From Alphaproteobacteria bacterium (GTDB lineage: Bacteria; Pseudomonadota; Alphaproteobacteria; Bin95): 64,000 nucleotides of DNA. Position 1 is the stretch's first letter; each line of letters starts with the position of its first letter. The position numbers were made by a program, and so were the translations under genes. Below are positions 11,089 through 20,859 of this stretch, piece by piece. Below the pieces are notes generated by a model. The model had not been told where the DNA came from. It ran no database searches and saw only the letters and a program-made list of their open reading frames with translations. The stretch is taken from the NCBI GenBank assembly GCA_963665325.3, contig CAXXWS020000002.1:960001-1024000 (forward strand), given 5' to 3'.

Positions 11089-12354
11089 TCACGCCGGAAT
11101 GTCGGCAGGGTCCAGTATTGCGTGCTGCTTCTTCAGGGCGGCCTGTACGGCGGAAACAGTGAAGCGGCCGCCGGCTTCGAGCGCGGCGGCGATGCCGGCG
11201 GCCTGGCCGGTGGCGAAGGCCGTCCCCATCACCCGTATGGCGGCGCCGGCTTTCCGGTCGCCGTCGGCGAGACGGCCGGCGCAGAACAGGTTCGCCGTGT
11301 CCACGCTGCGGAGGCACCCGAGCGGTATCTCGTAAGCGCCCCGGTCAGGGGGGTAGTCGTAGTCGCTCAGGTATGTGGCACGGTCGTGCCATTCCGCGCC
11401 CCAGCCGCCGAGCGCAATGCAATCGTCAAACCGCGCGCGGTTTTCGATATCGGCCCAGGTGAACTGTCGCTGGCAGTTGAGATGCCGCGATTCCCGTGTG
11501 CCGAATTCCGGACCCGTTGCGACGAGGTAGGCGCCCTCGCAGCCTTCGATGGTCCGGAGCACTTCCAGATAGCCCCAGGCCTGCCGCCGCCCCCGCGCTT
11601 CTGCCGCCGCCATAGAGAGGCTGTCGCGCGGGTCGTAGTCCTCCGAAGCCAGATAGACGACAACGTCGCCGGATATAGGCAGCCGCGCCACCACGCTCCG
11701 GTCCTTGGTAAGCACCTCGGCCCTTGAGCCGAAATCCGCGACCGCCTCCGCAATGCGCTCGGCCGTCACGGGCACCGAGTGAGGAACGCCGCCGAACCGT
11801 GTGCCGAGCGTGCCGAGATTGACATCGGCGCCGTTGCCGTAGCGGGTGCTGGCGCCGGCGAAGGCCGCCAGGTCGCCTTCGCCCGTGCAGTCCACGAAGG
11901 CCTTGGCGGAGAGGGTCTCCAGCCCCGAGTGGCCGGCGACGGTGACGGTCCGCATGCGGTCGTCGCATCGTTCGGCGGCCGCAACGAAGCTCGAGAACAT
12001 CACGGTCACTCCCGCCGCCGCGGCCAGGTCGTCGAGGACGGGCTTCACCGCCTCCGGCTCGAAGGTGACGTACACGCCCCGATGCCGGTGCGGTCCGTCG
12101 ACGGCGCCCTGCTTGCGCAAGCCCTGCATGACCTCTTCGCCAATGCCGCCGACGACGCGGCGCGGCGTCTCGCCAAGGGTGTAAAGGCCGCAATATGTGA
12201 CGACATTGCGCATCGTCGCGGCGCCGCCGAGGCAGTTGTAGCGCTCGACAAGGAGCGTCCTGGCGCCCATGCGCGCACTGGCGACGGCGGCGGCCACGCC
12301 TGCCGAACCGCCACCGGCGACGATGACGTCGTAATCTGTGCGAGCGACTGTCAA
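11089..12354 (-). CDS. FAD-dependent oxidoreductase (tandem paralog B)
   Basis: Same length (421 aa) and motifs as 9711-10976; TTG start. Confidence 0.85.
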   Translation of the reverse strand: MTVARTDYDVIVAGGGSAGVAAAVASARMGARTLLVERYNCLGGAATMRNVVTYCGLYTLGETPRRVVGGIGEEVMQGLRKQGAVDGPHRHRGVYVTFEPEAVKPVLDDLAAAAGVTVMFSSFVAAAERCDDRMRTVTVAGHSGLETLSAKAFVDCTGEGDLAAFAGASTRYGNGADVNLGTLGTRFGGVPHSVPVTAERIAEAVADFGSRAEVLTKDRSVVARLPISGDVVVYLASEDYDPRDSLSMAAAEARGRRQAWGYLEVLRTIEGCEGAYLVATGPEFGTRESRHLNCQRQFTWADIENRARFDDCIALGGWGAEWHDRATYLSDYDYPPDRGAYEIPLGCLRSVDTANLFCAGRLADGDRKAGAAIRVMGTAFATGQAAGIAAALEAGGRFTVSAVQAALKKQHAILDPADIPA

Positions 12355-12363
12355 TGCGGCGCC

Positions 12364-13353
12364 TTATCCGATGAACGCATGGGAAGACCATGCGCGGCGG
12401 AGCGCGGCAAGTGTCTCTTCCTCCAGCGGCCCGAGACCGGGGGCGGCGAGCGCCTGGTGGACATGGGCCATCTCGGCGACGCCGAACACGACGGTCGAGA
12501 CTGCGGGATGGGTGAGGCCGAACCGGATTGCCGTCTGGGAACGGGTTTCGTCGCGTTCGCCGAGCGCGGTGCGCACCGCCCGGGCGCGCGCCTCCTCCGC
12601 TTCCATTTGGGCATTGGCCGTGATCGGGATTTCACGCCCGTGGCGCTCGTCCGTGGCGAGTACGCCGGCTGCGAAGATGCGAATGTTCATCACGCCCACA
12701 TCGTGTTCCCGGCACGTATCCAGCAGCCCGGTGAAGTCGGAGTCCGACCAGTTCGCGCTTGCCTTGTCGCCCAGCGCGAAGCCGGCGGTCGGGTTCAGCA
12801 TGTTGTAATAGACCTGCGCCATGTCGAAGCGCCCCGATGCGATGGCGGCGCGGACGGTCGGCCCGTCGCCGAGCGCGGTGAAGCCCACATGGTCGAACAG
12901 GCCCTCGCCGCGAAGCTCGTCGAAGCAGTCCATGACGCCGAACGCCTCGTCCAGTGTGAGGGTTGCCCGGTCGGGCTCCGGCACCAGCGGGTTGTGGAGG
13001 ATCAAGAGGTCCACCCGGTCCACCTTGAGCCGTTCGAGGCTGCCCTCGATCGACGCGCGCACCTGGTCCGGGAAATTGTCGCGCCGCGTCGCGTCGAGGC
13101 GGACCTTGGTGCTGATATGAGGACGCTTGTCCGCCGGCAGTTCGCCGATCAACCAGCTTATCGCCTTCTCGGACTCGCCATTGCCATAGTCGGCGGCCGT
13201 GTCGAGCCAGTTCATGCCCGCATCGAGGCAGGCCGCGATGCATTCCCGCTTCACCTCGTCCGGCGCGTGAAGCAGCAGTCCGCCGACGAACCCGCCGCCA
13301 AGCGTCATTTCGGAAATCTCTATATTCGTGCGGCCGAAGCGTCGCCTGTTCAT
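12364..13353 (-). CDS. Aldo/keto reductase
   Basis: DTAADYGNGESE, ISTK, SLERLKVDRVDLLILHNP. Confidence 0.9.
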   Translation of the reverse strand: MNRRRFGRTNIEISEMTLGGGFVGGLLLHAPDEVKRECIAACLDAGMNWLDTAADYGNGESEKAISWLIGELPADKRPHISTKVRLDATRRDNFPDQVRASIEGSLERLKVDRVDLLILHNPLVPEPDRATLTLDEAFGVMDCFDELRGEGLFDHVGFTALGDGPTVRAAIASGRFDMAQVYYNMLNPTAGFALGDKASANWSDSDFTGLLDTCREHDVGVMNIRIFAAGVLATDERHGREIPITANAQMEAEEARARAVRTALGERDETRSQTAIRFGLTHPAVSTVVFGVAEMAHVHQALAAPGLGPLEEETLAALRRAWSSHAFIG

Positions 13354-13402
13354 GGGGGCAGGGCCTCCGTCGGTGTCGTGAAATGTCGGGTTGGGGCTGC
13401 TG

Positions 13403-14059
13403 TCAGCCGGGGTCGTTGTCCGGCTCGGCGTCTTCCTGCGCGAGCGGTTCGGCGGCTGCGAAGGCAGGGTGGGCGGAAAGCCGCGCGTCTATCGCAACAA
13501 TGTTCGGATAGGCGGAGAGGTCGCAGTCAAAACGCCGGGCGTTGAAGACCTGCGGGATGAGGCAGACATCGGCCATGGTGATCCGGTCGCCGAAACAGCA
13601 TTCCCCCGCTGTCCGGGCGAGCTCCGGCTCGATGCCGCCGAAGCCTTCCGCAATCCAGTGCCGGTACCAGGCAAGCACCTGGTCCTGGCTGCACCCCAGC
13701 TGCCGGCGGAGATAGATCTGGATGCGGAGATTGTTCACGGGGTGTATGTCGCAGGCGATCAGGCCGGCAAGCGCCCGGACGCGCCCGCGCTCGACCGGGT
13801 CCTCCGGCAGCAGCGGCGGCTCCGGGTGCGTCTCCTCCAGATATTCGAGGATCGCGAGCGACTGTCCGAACACCGCGCCGTCCACCTCCAGCGCCGGTAC
13901 CAGGCCCTGCGGGTTCTTCGCGCGGTAGGCCGCCTGTTTGTGCTCGCCGCCTTCGCGCGAGAGATGCACATAAGCGGACTCATGCGCCGCGCCCTTGAGG
14001 TTGAGCGCGATGCGCACCCGATAGGCGGCCGTGCTGCGCCAGTAGGTGTAATGGATCAT
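13403..14059 (-). CDS. maiA: Maleylacetoacetate isomerase (zeta-class GST)
   Basis: YWRSTAAYRVRIALNLKG, NPQGLVPAL, QSLAILEYLEE, CDIHPVNNLR. Confidence 0.9.
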   Translation of the reverse strand: MIHYTYWRSTAAYRVRIALNLKGAAHESAYVHLSREGGEHKQAAYRAKNPQGLVPALEVDGAVFGQSLAILEYLEETHPEPPLLPEDPVERGRVRALAGLIACDIHPVNNLRIQIYLRRQLGCSQDQVLAWYRHWIAEGFGGIEPELARTAGECCFGDRITMADVCLIPQVFNARRFDCDLSAYPNIVAIDARLSAHPAFAAAEPLAQEDAEPDNDPG

Positions 14060-14234
14060 GGGTCCCCAAGCCTCCCGCGGGGCGATTGCGTCGGCGACTA
14101 TAGAGGCAATGTGCCAAGGCCGGAAACGAAGCCCGGCCGCCTTTGCCGCCGGCGCGCGGGTCGGCTATGAGTGGCGCGGGACGGGGCGGGACAGGACCGA
14201 AACCCGCTCGCTGCCGGAAATCCAGGAGCCGAAA

Positions 14235-16553
14235 ATGAAAGAATTCAGGGACGGGCCGCTTCCCGACGAGATGATGGGCGAGGCCTGGCCGGCTGTGCAG
14301 CCGGGCGCGGACCCGGTGCTCTACGGCTACGCGGAACTCCGCCCGAACGATCCGGTCGAGGTTCGCAGCCTCCAGACCTTCGAGCTGGTCTATACGGTCG
14401 GCCGCTATGGCCTCGACGACACCGGCAGCATCCGGATCTCGTTCCGCTCGCTCGGGGACTGGGGCAGCCTCCAGATGGACGACCCCGCCGGTTACAACTA
14501 TGTCACCGCGCGCTCCAGCAAGGGTGTGCCTATCCGCCTGTCCTACGTCTCGCACGGCGCCCCGCGCCCGCGCTGGAAGGCGCTGACGGCGCATGTCATG
14601 GGCGGTTTCCTGCGCGAGGGCGATACCATCCACATCGCCTTTGGCGACACCTCCGGCGGCTCGCCCGGCATGCGGATGCAGACGATGGTGGAAATGGACT
14701 TCCAATTCCGTGTCCTCGCCGATGTCTGCGCCGTCGGCCACCATGTGCCGATCCCCAACTCGCCGGCGATTTCCGTCGTGCCGGGGCCGCCGGTCTGCTG
14801 GCGCGCGGTGCTGCCGTCGCTCCGCCGCCCGGGCGAAACCTTCCAGTTCGGCCTGAAGGCGGAGGATGTCTGGGGCAACCCGACCGACCGTGCGAGCGGC
14901 CGGTTCACCCTGGAATGCACCCTGCCGGTATCCGGCCTGCCGGCGGAAGTCGATTATCCGCTCGGGCGCAAGTCGATCTGTTTCGAAGGCCTCTCGGTTG
15001 CCGAGCCCGGTGTGTTGCGCATCGCCGTGCGGGACGAGGAGGGCCGAGCGGCAGCGGAATCGCATCCGCTTGTCGTGAGGGAGAGCCCGTTTGGCGGCTA
15101 TTGGGGCGACCTGCACGGACAGAGCGGCGAGAGCATCGGCATCACCACGGCGCGGCAGTATTTCGACTTCGCCCGCAACAAGTCGTTCCTCGACGCGACC
15201 GCCCACCAGGCTAACGATTTCCAAGTCAACAACACCTTCTGGGAGCATGTGAACGAACTGACGGCGGAGCATCACCAGGAGGGCAGGTTCGTCACCTTCC
15301 CCGGCTATGAGTGGTCCGGCAACACGGCCGTCGGCGGCGACCGCAATGTCTATTTCCGCCGCGAGGGCCGACCGATCCACCGCTCCTCGCACGCCCTGCT
15401 GACCGACCGCTCCGATCTCGACACCGACGCACCCAATGCCAACCGCCTGTTCGAGATGCTGGCCGACGAGGACTGCTTCATCTACGCCCATGTCGGCGGC
15501 CGCTATGCCGACATCGGCTATGCGCACGACCCGCGCCGGGAAGCCGCGATGGAGATCCACTCGGCCTGGGGCACCTTCGAGTGGCTGCTCACCGACGGGT
15601 TCCCGCTCGGGCACCGCTCCGGCGTGGTCTGCAACAGCGACGGCCACAAGGGCAGGCCGGGCGCGAGCTATCCCGGCGCATCCACCTTCGGGGCCTATGG
15701 CGGGCTCACCTGCTTCTACGCTACGGAACTCAGCCGGGACGGCATCATGGATGCAGTCCAGCGCCGCCACACGTACGGCACCACCGGCACGCGCATGCAT
15801 CTCGACGTCCGCGCGCGGTTCGCCAGTGGCGGAAACCTGTTCGACCGCGACCCGCATGCCTTCGAGGGCGAGGCGCCGCAGCCGGTCGGCGAGATCATGA
15901 TGGGGGACATCGCGCAAACGGACGATGCCGCCGTCACGCTGTCGCTTGAGGTCGTCACCCAGGCGCCCATCGAACGGATCGAGGTCCGCAACGGCACCGG
16001 GATCGTCCGGACGCTCCGCCCGCACGGCGCGGACGAACTCGGCTCCCGCATCCGCGTGCTGTGGAGCGGCGCCGAATACAGGGGTCGCGGGCGCGAGACC
16101 AACTGGAAGGGCCGTGCGCGCTTCCAGCATGCCGCGATTTCGCGCATGGAGCCCGTCAACGCCTGGAACAAGGAGCGCCTGCTGGAGCAGAAGGGACCGG
16201 ACACGATCGTGTTCGACGCCATCACCACCGGCAATTTCGGCGGCTTCGATGTGTGGCTGGACGAGGCGCCGGACAGCATGCTGCACCTGACCAGCAATCT
16301 GGGCGCGCTCGACCATCCGCTATCCGAGATCGGCCTGGACGACTGGGTCATGGAAGCGGGCGGGCTGGAACGGCGGATCAGGGTGTTCCGGCTGCCCGAG
16401 GAACTTTCCTGCCGGGAGTTCTCGATGGAGCTGGAGGTGCCGCTGTCGGCGAAGGGCGACAACCCGATCTGGGTGTCGGTGTTCACCGAAGACGGCTTCC
16501 AGGCGTGGAGCAGCCCGATGTTCCTCTACCGCGAGGACGATTGGCCACGGTGA
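14235..16553 (+). CDS. DUF3604-like PHP-fold metal-dependent hydrolase
   Basis: WGDLHGQS, GYEWS, NSDGH, YGTTG, AWSSP motifs; SD AGGAG before ATG 14235. Confidence 0.75.
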   Translation: MKEFRDGPLPDEMMGEAWPAVQPGADPVLYGYAELRPNDPVEVRSLQTFELVYTVGRYGLDDTGSIRISFRSLGDWGSLQMDDPAGYNYVTARSSKGVPIRLSYVSHGAPRPRWKALTAHVMGGFLREGDTIHIAFGDTSGGSPGMRMQTMVEMDFQFRVLADVCAVGHHVPIPNSPAISVVPGPPVCWRAVLPSLRRPGETFQFGLKAEDVWGNPTDRASGRFTLECTLPVSGLPAEVDYPLGRKSICFEGLSVAEPGVLRIAVRDEEGRAAAESHPLVVRESPFGGYWGDLHGQSGESIGITTARQYFDFARNKSFLDATAHQANDFQVNNTFWEHVNELTAEHHQEGRFVTFPGYEWSGNTAVGGDRNVYFRREGRPIHRSSHALLTDRSDLDTDAPNANRLFEMLADEDCFIYAHVGGRYADIGYAHDPRREAAMEIHSAWGTFEWLLTDGFPLGHRSGVVCNSDGHKGRPGASYPGASTFGAYGGLTCFYATELSRDGIMDAVQRRHTYGTTGTRMHLDVRARFASGGNLFDRDPHAFEGEAPQPVGEIMMGDIAQTDDAAVTLSLEVVTQAPIERIEVRNGTGIVRTLRPHGADELGSRIRVLWSGAEYRGRGRETNWKGRARFQHAAISRMEPVNAWNKERLLEQKGPDTIVFDAITTGNFGGFDVWLDEAPDSMLHLTSNLGALDHPLSEIGLDDWVMEAGGLERRIRVFRLPEELSCREFSMELEVPLSAKGDNPIWVSVFTEDGFQAWSSPMFLYREDDWPR

Positions 16554-16601
16554 CCGGGGCGTTCGCTGACAGAGCCGGAGCAGGACGGAAGGGCGAGGCC
16601 G

Positions 16602-17366
16602 ATGCAAGGGGATGAGCTGCTGGAAGCGGGATTCACGTTCGAGACGGTGGAGTTCGCGGTCGCGCGGCCGTTCCAGGAGGCGAAGCTGCGCGCGGCCGGC
16701 ATCGACGCGGACCGCTACGGCGACCTGGCCGATCCGACCTTCCTCGGGCATGGCGCGCTCAAGGCCATGCACGAGTCCGGCATCTCGATCCTCGGGCAGG
16801 TGCATATGACGCAGCGTTTTCGCCTGCATGGGGCGGTGCGTCTGGACGAGCCGTTGACGGTGGCGGGCGAGGTGACGCGAATCGACACCGTGCCGCGCGG
16901 ACGGCAGGTCTGGTGCCGGTTCAGCTATCGGGACCGGTCGGGCAGGGAAGTCTGCGAGACCGAACGCTCGGGCCTGCGGCCGGACCCGGCGCGCAAGCGG
17001 GGACCGGGCGGCGGCGCTTCGAGCCGTCCCGATGAAGGTCAATTCGAGACTGTTGCCGAGCATCGCCTGACGCCGGATGGCGTGGCGGCCTATAGCGACG
17101 ACACGCTCAACGCGATCCACAACGACCCGCAGGTCGCGGCGCAGTTCGGCTTCAGGGCACCGATAGCGGCCGGCCTCATGGGCATCCACTACTACGTTGC
17201 CGCACTTTCCGGGGACGGAATGCCGGAACGGCTCGACCTCGCCATCCGCTTCCTGCGCCCGATGTTCTGGGACGACAAACTAAGCCTCCAGTGCCGCAAC
17301 GGTGGCATGCGTCTCGTCAATCCCGTAGGAAAGCCCGTCTCGGAGGCGGAATTTTCTCTCCGGTAA
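16602..17366 (+). CDS. MaoC-like double hot-dog dehydratase family protein
   Basis: C-terminal NAIHNDPQVAAQFGFRAPIAAG hydratase-like motif. Confidence 0.7.
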   Translation: MQGDELLEAGFTFETVEFAVARPFQEAKLRAAGIDADRYGDLADPTFLGHGALKAMHESGISILGQVHMTQRFRLHGAVRLDEPLTVAGEVTRIDTVPRGRQVWCRFSYRDRSGREVCETERSGLRPDPARKRGPGGGASSRPDEGQFETVAEHRLTPDGVAAYSDDTLNAIHNDPQVAAQFGFRAPIAAGLMGIHYYVAALSGDGMPERLDLAIRFLRPMFWDDKLSLQCRNGGMRLVNPVGKPVSEAEFSLR

Positions 17367-17393
17367 GCCGGCGATCTGCGCGTAAAACAGCGC

Positions 17394-17774
17394 ATGAGCG
17401 AGCGCGAACCTTTCCTGCATTACGGCTTCTGGCTGCTGGCGCTGCTTTGGCTGCCGGCGGCGGTCGCGGCGATAGCCGCAGTCCGGTTTGGGAGCCGGCC
17501 GCTGGCGAGCACCGACATTGAGCCCGCATTGCTGTCTCTGGCGCCCGTGGCGTTTTGCGGCCTGCCTCTGGCGCTGGCGTGCCGAAGGCTCTGGCGTCTC
17601 GGCCATCGCCGCGCGGCCTGGGTATCGGGTGCCGGGCTGGGCGGGGCGACAACAGCGGCGGCGTTGCCGGCCGGCCTGCTCGGCCCGTTGGCGATTGCCG
17701 TATGTGCGGTCCTGCTCAGCCTGCCGGTCTGGATCGCCGCATTCGTGTTGGGCCGCCGGGGCCGGACGGACTAG
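17394..17774 (+). CDS. Hypothetical membrane protein
   Basis: 126-aa ORF with about 4 hydrophobic segments, in operon-like spacing. Confidence 0.6.
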   Translation: MSEREPFLHYGFWLLALLWLPAAVAAIAAVRFGSRPLASTDIEPALLSLAPVAFCGLPLALACRRLWRLGHRRAAWVSGAGLGGATTAAALPAGLLGPLAIAVCAVLLSLPVWIAAFVLGRRGRTD

Positions 17775-18216
17775 GGACCTTGTGCAACCTGTTTTCCAAC
17801 ACCCTGCCGCAGGAAGCCATGCGGCGCCTGTTCCGGGCCAGGGACAGGCTGGGCAATCTCGAACCGCTGCCGGGCATCTTTCCGGACGGCGAGGTGCCTA
17901 TCGTCCGCATCGGCGAGGACGGCGACCGCGAGCTGGTGCGGGCGCGCTGGGGCTGGGACCGGACACCGCGCGGGTGGGTCACCAACGCCCGCAATCTGGA
18001 CCGGAGCTGGGGTGTGATCCGCAATCCCCGCCAGCGATGCCTGGTCCCGGCGACGTCTTTCGCGGAATACCATCCAACCGCGACGATCCCGGGCGCAAGG
18101 GGCAGGCCGATCAAGGCGGCGGCGTGGTTCCGGCTCGCAGGGGGAGCGGAGGAGCGCCCGCCCTTCGCCTTTCCGGGGTTCTGGCGGCAGTGGGACTGGC
18201 GGACGAAGGGCCTTAG

Positions 18217-20286
18217 CCCAAGTTTAACGTTTTGGTGGCCGATTTTGTCGAGGTTGGCCGGCGCGGTGTCATCAAGCCATTGATATTGCTGGATTGAGGT
18301 TTCCGGGGGCGCAATGTAGTGCCATAATATTTTCACTTGGGGATTTCGAGACCTTGCGCCCGCTCCTATGCTGTGCGCCATGTTCATTCGCCGCACCAGG
18401 ACCGGAACCGGCGAGCGCGGCGAGGTCTATTATTCCCATCGCCTTGTTCGCTCGGAGCGCGACGGCGGGAAGATCCGCCAGCGCACCCTGCTCAACCTGG
18501 GGAGCGACTTCCCTGTCGAGCGGCGGCACTGGGCGGTGCTGTGCAGCCGGATCCAGCAGCAGCTCGACCGCCAGGCCGAGCTGGTTTCGCTGTCCTGTCC
18601 GGAGGAGGTCGAGCGGCACGCCCAGCGCATCGCCGCGCAATTGCTCAACAGCGCGCCGTCCGGCGGGACCGGGCGCCCTGACCTGCAGACGGTGGATGTC
18701 GGCTCCCTGGAGCTGATCCGCCCGCGTTCGGTCGGCGTCGAGCATGTCGGGCTGTGGGCCATGGAGCGGCTCGGCCTGGAGGCTTTGCTGGAGCGCCTGG
18801 GCTTCAACGGCACGCAGCGCGCGCTCGCCATGGCCACCGTGATCGCGCGCATGGCGGCGCCGGGCTCGGAGCGCGCCTCCTGGCGCTGGCTGTGCGAGCG
18901 TTCGGCGCTCGGCGAGTTGCTGGGGGTGGACTTCGAGCGCATGAGCATGATGCGCCTGTACCGCGCCTCCGACGCCCTGATGGCGCAGCGCGCGGCGATC
19001 GAGGCGCATCTGTTCGATCGGGCGACGGATCTGTTCGGCCTGCGCCACACGGTGACGCTGTACGACCTGACCAACACCTTCTTCGAGGGCGCGGCGGCGG
19101 CCCAGGCCAAGGCCGAACGCGGCCATTCCAAGGAGAAGCGCTCGGATTGCCCGCTCTTGACCCTGGGGCTGGTGCTCGACGGCTCGGGCTTCGTGCGCCG
19201 CTCCGAGGTGTTCTCGGGCGCGGTCAACGAAGACAGGACCCTGGCGTCGATGCTCGGCGCCCTGGGCGCGCCGGCGGACGCGCTGGTGGTGATGGATGCG
19301 GGGATCGCCACCGAGGCCAACATCGCCTGGCTGCGCGCGAACGGCTACCGCTATCTCGCGGTCAGCCGGGAACGCACCCGCCGCTTCGATCCCGAGCTGG
19401 CGCTGGCCATCGAGACCCGGTCGCGCCAGACGGTCCATGTCCACAAGGCGGTCGACGCCGAAGCTGGAGAGGCGCGGCTCTACTGCTACTCCGAGGCGCG
19501 GGCGAAGAAGGAACAGGGCATCGCAAACCGCTTCGCCGCGCGCTTCGAGGGCGAGATGCAGAAGCTCCACGACGGCCTCAAGCGGCCGCGCACCCGCAAG
19601 CGGCTCGACCATGTCTGGCAGCGGATCGGCCGGATCAGGGAGAAGAGCCGCGGCGCCGCGGCCCACTACGACATCGACGTCATCGCCGACGAAAGCGGCG
19701 AGAAGGCCCGGGCCGTCACATGGGAGCGCCGCCCGCTCGCCGGCACCATGGCCACCCATCCCGGCGTTTACTGCCTGCGCACCAACGTCGAGGACTGGGA
19801 CGAGGAGGCGCTGTGGCGGACCTATACCTCGCTCACCGATGTGGAGGCGGTGTTCCGATCGCTCAAGTCGGAACTCGGCCTGCGCCCCATCTTCCACCAG
19901 ACCCAGAGGCGCTCCGACGGCCACCTGTTCATCACCGTGATCGCCTACCAGATGGTGCAGACCATCCGCCGGCGCCTCGCCGAGCACGGCGAACACGCCA
20001 GCTGGGCCAGCCTGCGAGCCATCCTCGAAGGCCAGCAGCGGGTCACCGCGACCTTCAGGCGCAAGGACGGACGCACCTTGCATGTCCGCAAGGCCACACG
20101 GGCCGAGCCCGAACAGCAAGAAATCTATCGCGCGCTCGGCATCGACCCCGCCCCTGGAGGCATCAGGAAAATGATCGTCTGATCCCGAACCGGGCGAAAT
20201 AACCGAAATGTAGTGCCAGACGCGAAATTATTGCTCCGTAAGGCATTGATAATCAATGATCTTCAAAATGCTCTGTTAAACTTGGG
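18217..20286 (+). mobile_element. IS1634-family insertion sequence (2070 bp)
   Basis: Perfect 12-bp TIRs CCCAAGTTTAAC (18217-18228) / GTTAAACTTGGG (20275-20286); TTAG duplication at 18213-18216 and 20287-20290. Confidence 0.9.
18380..20182 (+). CDS. IS1634-family DDE transposase
   Basis: MFIRR start, LYDLTNTFFEG, GHSKEKRSD, VMDAG, VEAVFRSLKSELGLRPIFHQ. Confidence 0.9.
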   Translation: MFIRRTRTGTGERGEVYYSHRLVRSERDGGKIRQRTLLNLGSDFPVERRHWAVLCSRIQQQLDRQAELVSLSCPEEVERHAQRIAAQLLNSAPSGGTGRPDLQTVDVGSLELIRPRSVGVEHVGLWAMERLGLEALLERLGFNGTQRALAMATVIARMAAPGSERASWRWLCERSALGELLGVDFERMSMMRLYRASDALMAQRAAIEAHLFDRATDLFGLRHTVTLYDLTNTFFEGAAAAQAKAERGHSKEKRSDCPLLTLGLVLDGSGFVRRSEVFSGAVNEDRTLASMLGALGAPADALVVMDAGIATEANIAWLRANGYRYLAVSRERTRRFDPELALAIETRSRQTVHVHKAVDAEAGEARLYCYSEARAKKEQGIANRFAARFEGEMQKLHDGLKRPRTRKRLDHVWQRIGRIREKSRGAAAHYDIDVIADESGEKARAVTWERRPLAGTMATHPGVYCLRTNVEDWDEEALWRTYTSLTDVEAVFRSLKSELGLRPIFHQTQRRSDGHLFITVIAYQMVQTIRRRLAEHGEHASWASLRAILEGQQRVTATFRRKDGRTLHVRKATRAEPEQQEIYRALGIDPAPGGIRKMIV

Positions 20287-20588
20287 TTAGGCGAAAGTCC
20301 GATGAAGAGCTCGCCCGCGCCGACACGCCTCAACCGGCGATGACCTTCCTCACCTGCCCGGCGAACGGGGTTGTGGGACCGATCCATCCGAAGGCCATGC
20401 CCGTCATACTGCGCACGGAGGAAGAGTTCGAGACCTGGCTCTCGGGCAGCGCCGAGGAAGCGGCGGCGCTGCAGCGGCCCCTGCCGGACGACCTGCTCGA
20501 AATCGCATTCGTCGGCGCGAAGTCGGACGGTGCTGGGCAGTGACTCCGCCGCGCAAGGCGGGACAGTTTCGCCGTCTTTGCACCGCTG

Positions 20589-20771
20589 TTACCGCAGGCC
20601 GGCCTCCGGCTCGTAAGCATCGGGGTCGAAGTCGTCGAACGCGCCCGCTATCGCCTCGCGCATGGCCGCGTCTAGGTCTGCCTTCAGCGCGTAGAACTGG
20701 CGTGCGCCATCCCGCTCCATCAGCCCGCGAGCGTAAGCCTCTATCGGCCCGGTCAGGGGGACATTGGGCAT
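20589..20771 (-). pseudogene. ParD-like (RHH) antitoxin remnant, apparently internally deleted, with no adjacent toxin
   Basis: MPNVPLTGPIEAYA joined directly to LMERDGARQFYALKADL; SD GGAGG upstream; recalled similarity to alphaproteobacterial ParD proteins. Confidence 0.5.
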
Positions 20772-20859
20772 CCGGGCCACCTCCATGTCGAATAATGTCG
20801 GATACTGCCAGACGATGCGGACTTCGTCGAGATCGGCAAAGCCGGTATGCCGGCCGCCG

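Larger units (their letters stand above)
17780..20543 (+). pseudogene. SOS response-associated peptidase (SRAP/YedK/HMCES family) split by an IS1634-family element
   Basis: TTG-Cys start (MCNLFS), TNARN, RCLVPATSFAEY in the 5' part (17780-18216); IHPKAMPVIL...WL in the 3' part (20291-20543). Removing the IS plus one TTAG restores one frame (...RTKGLRRKSDEELARADTPQPAMTFLT...). Confidence 0.88.
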
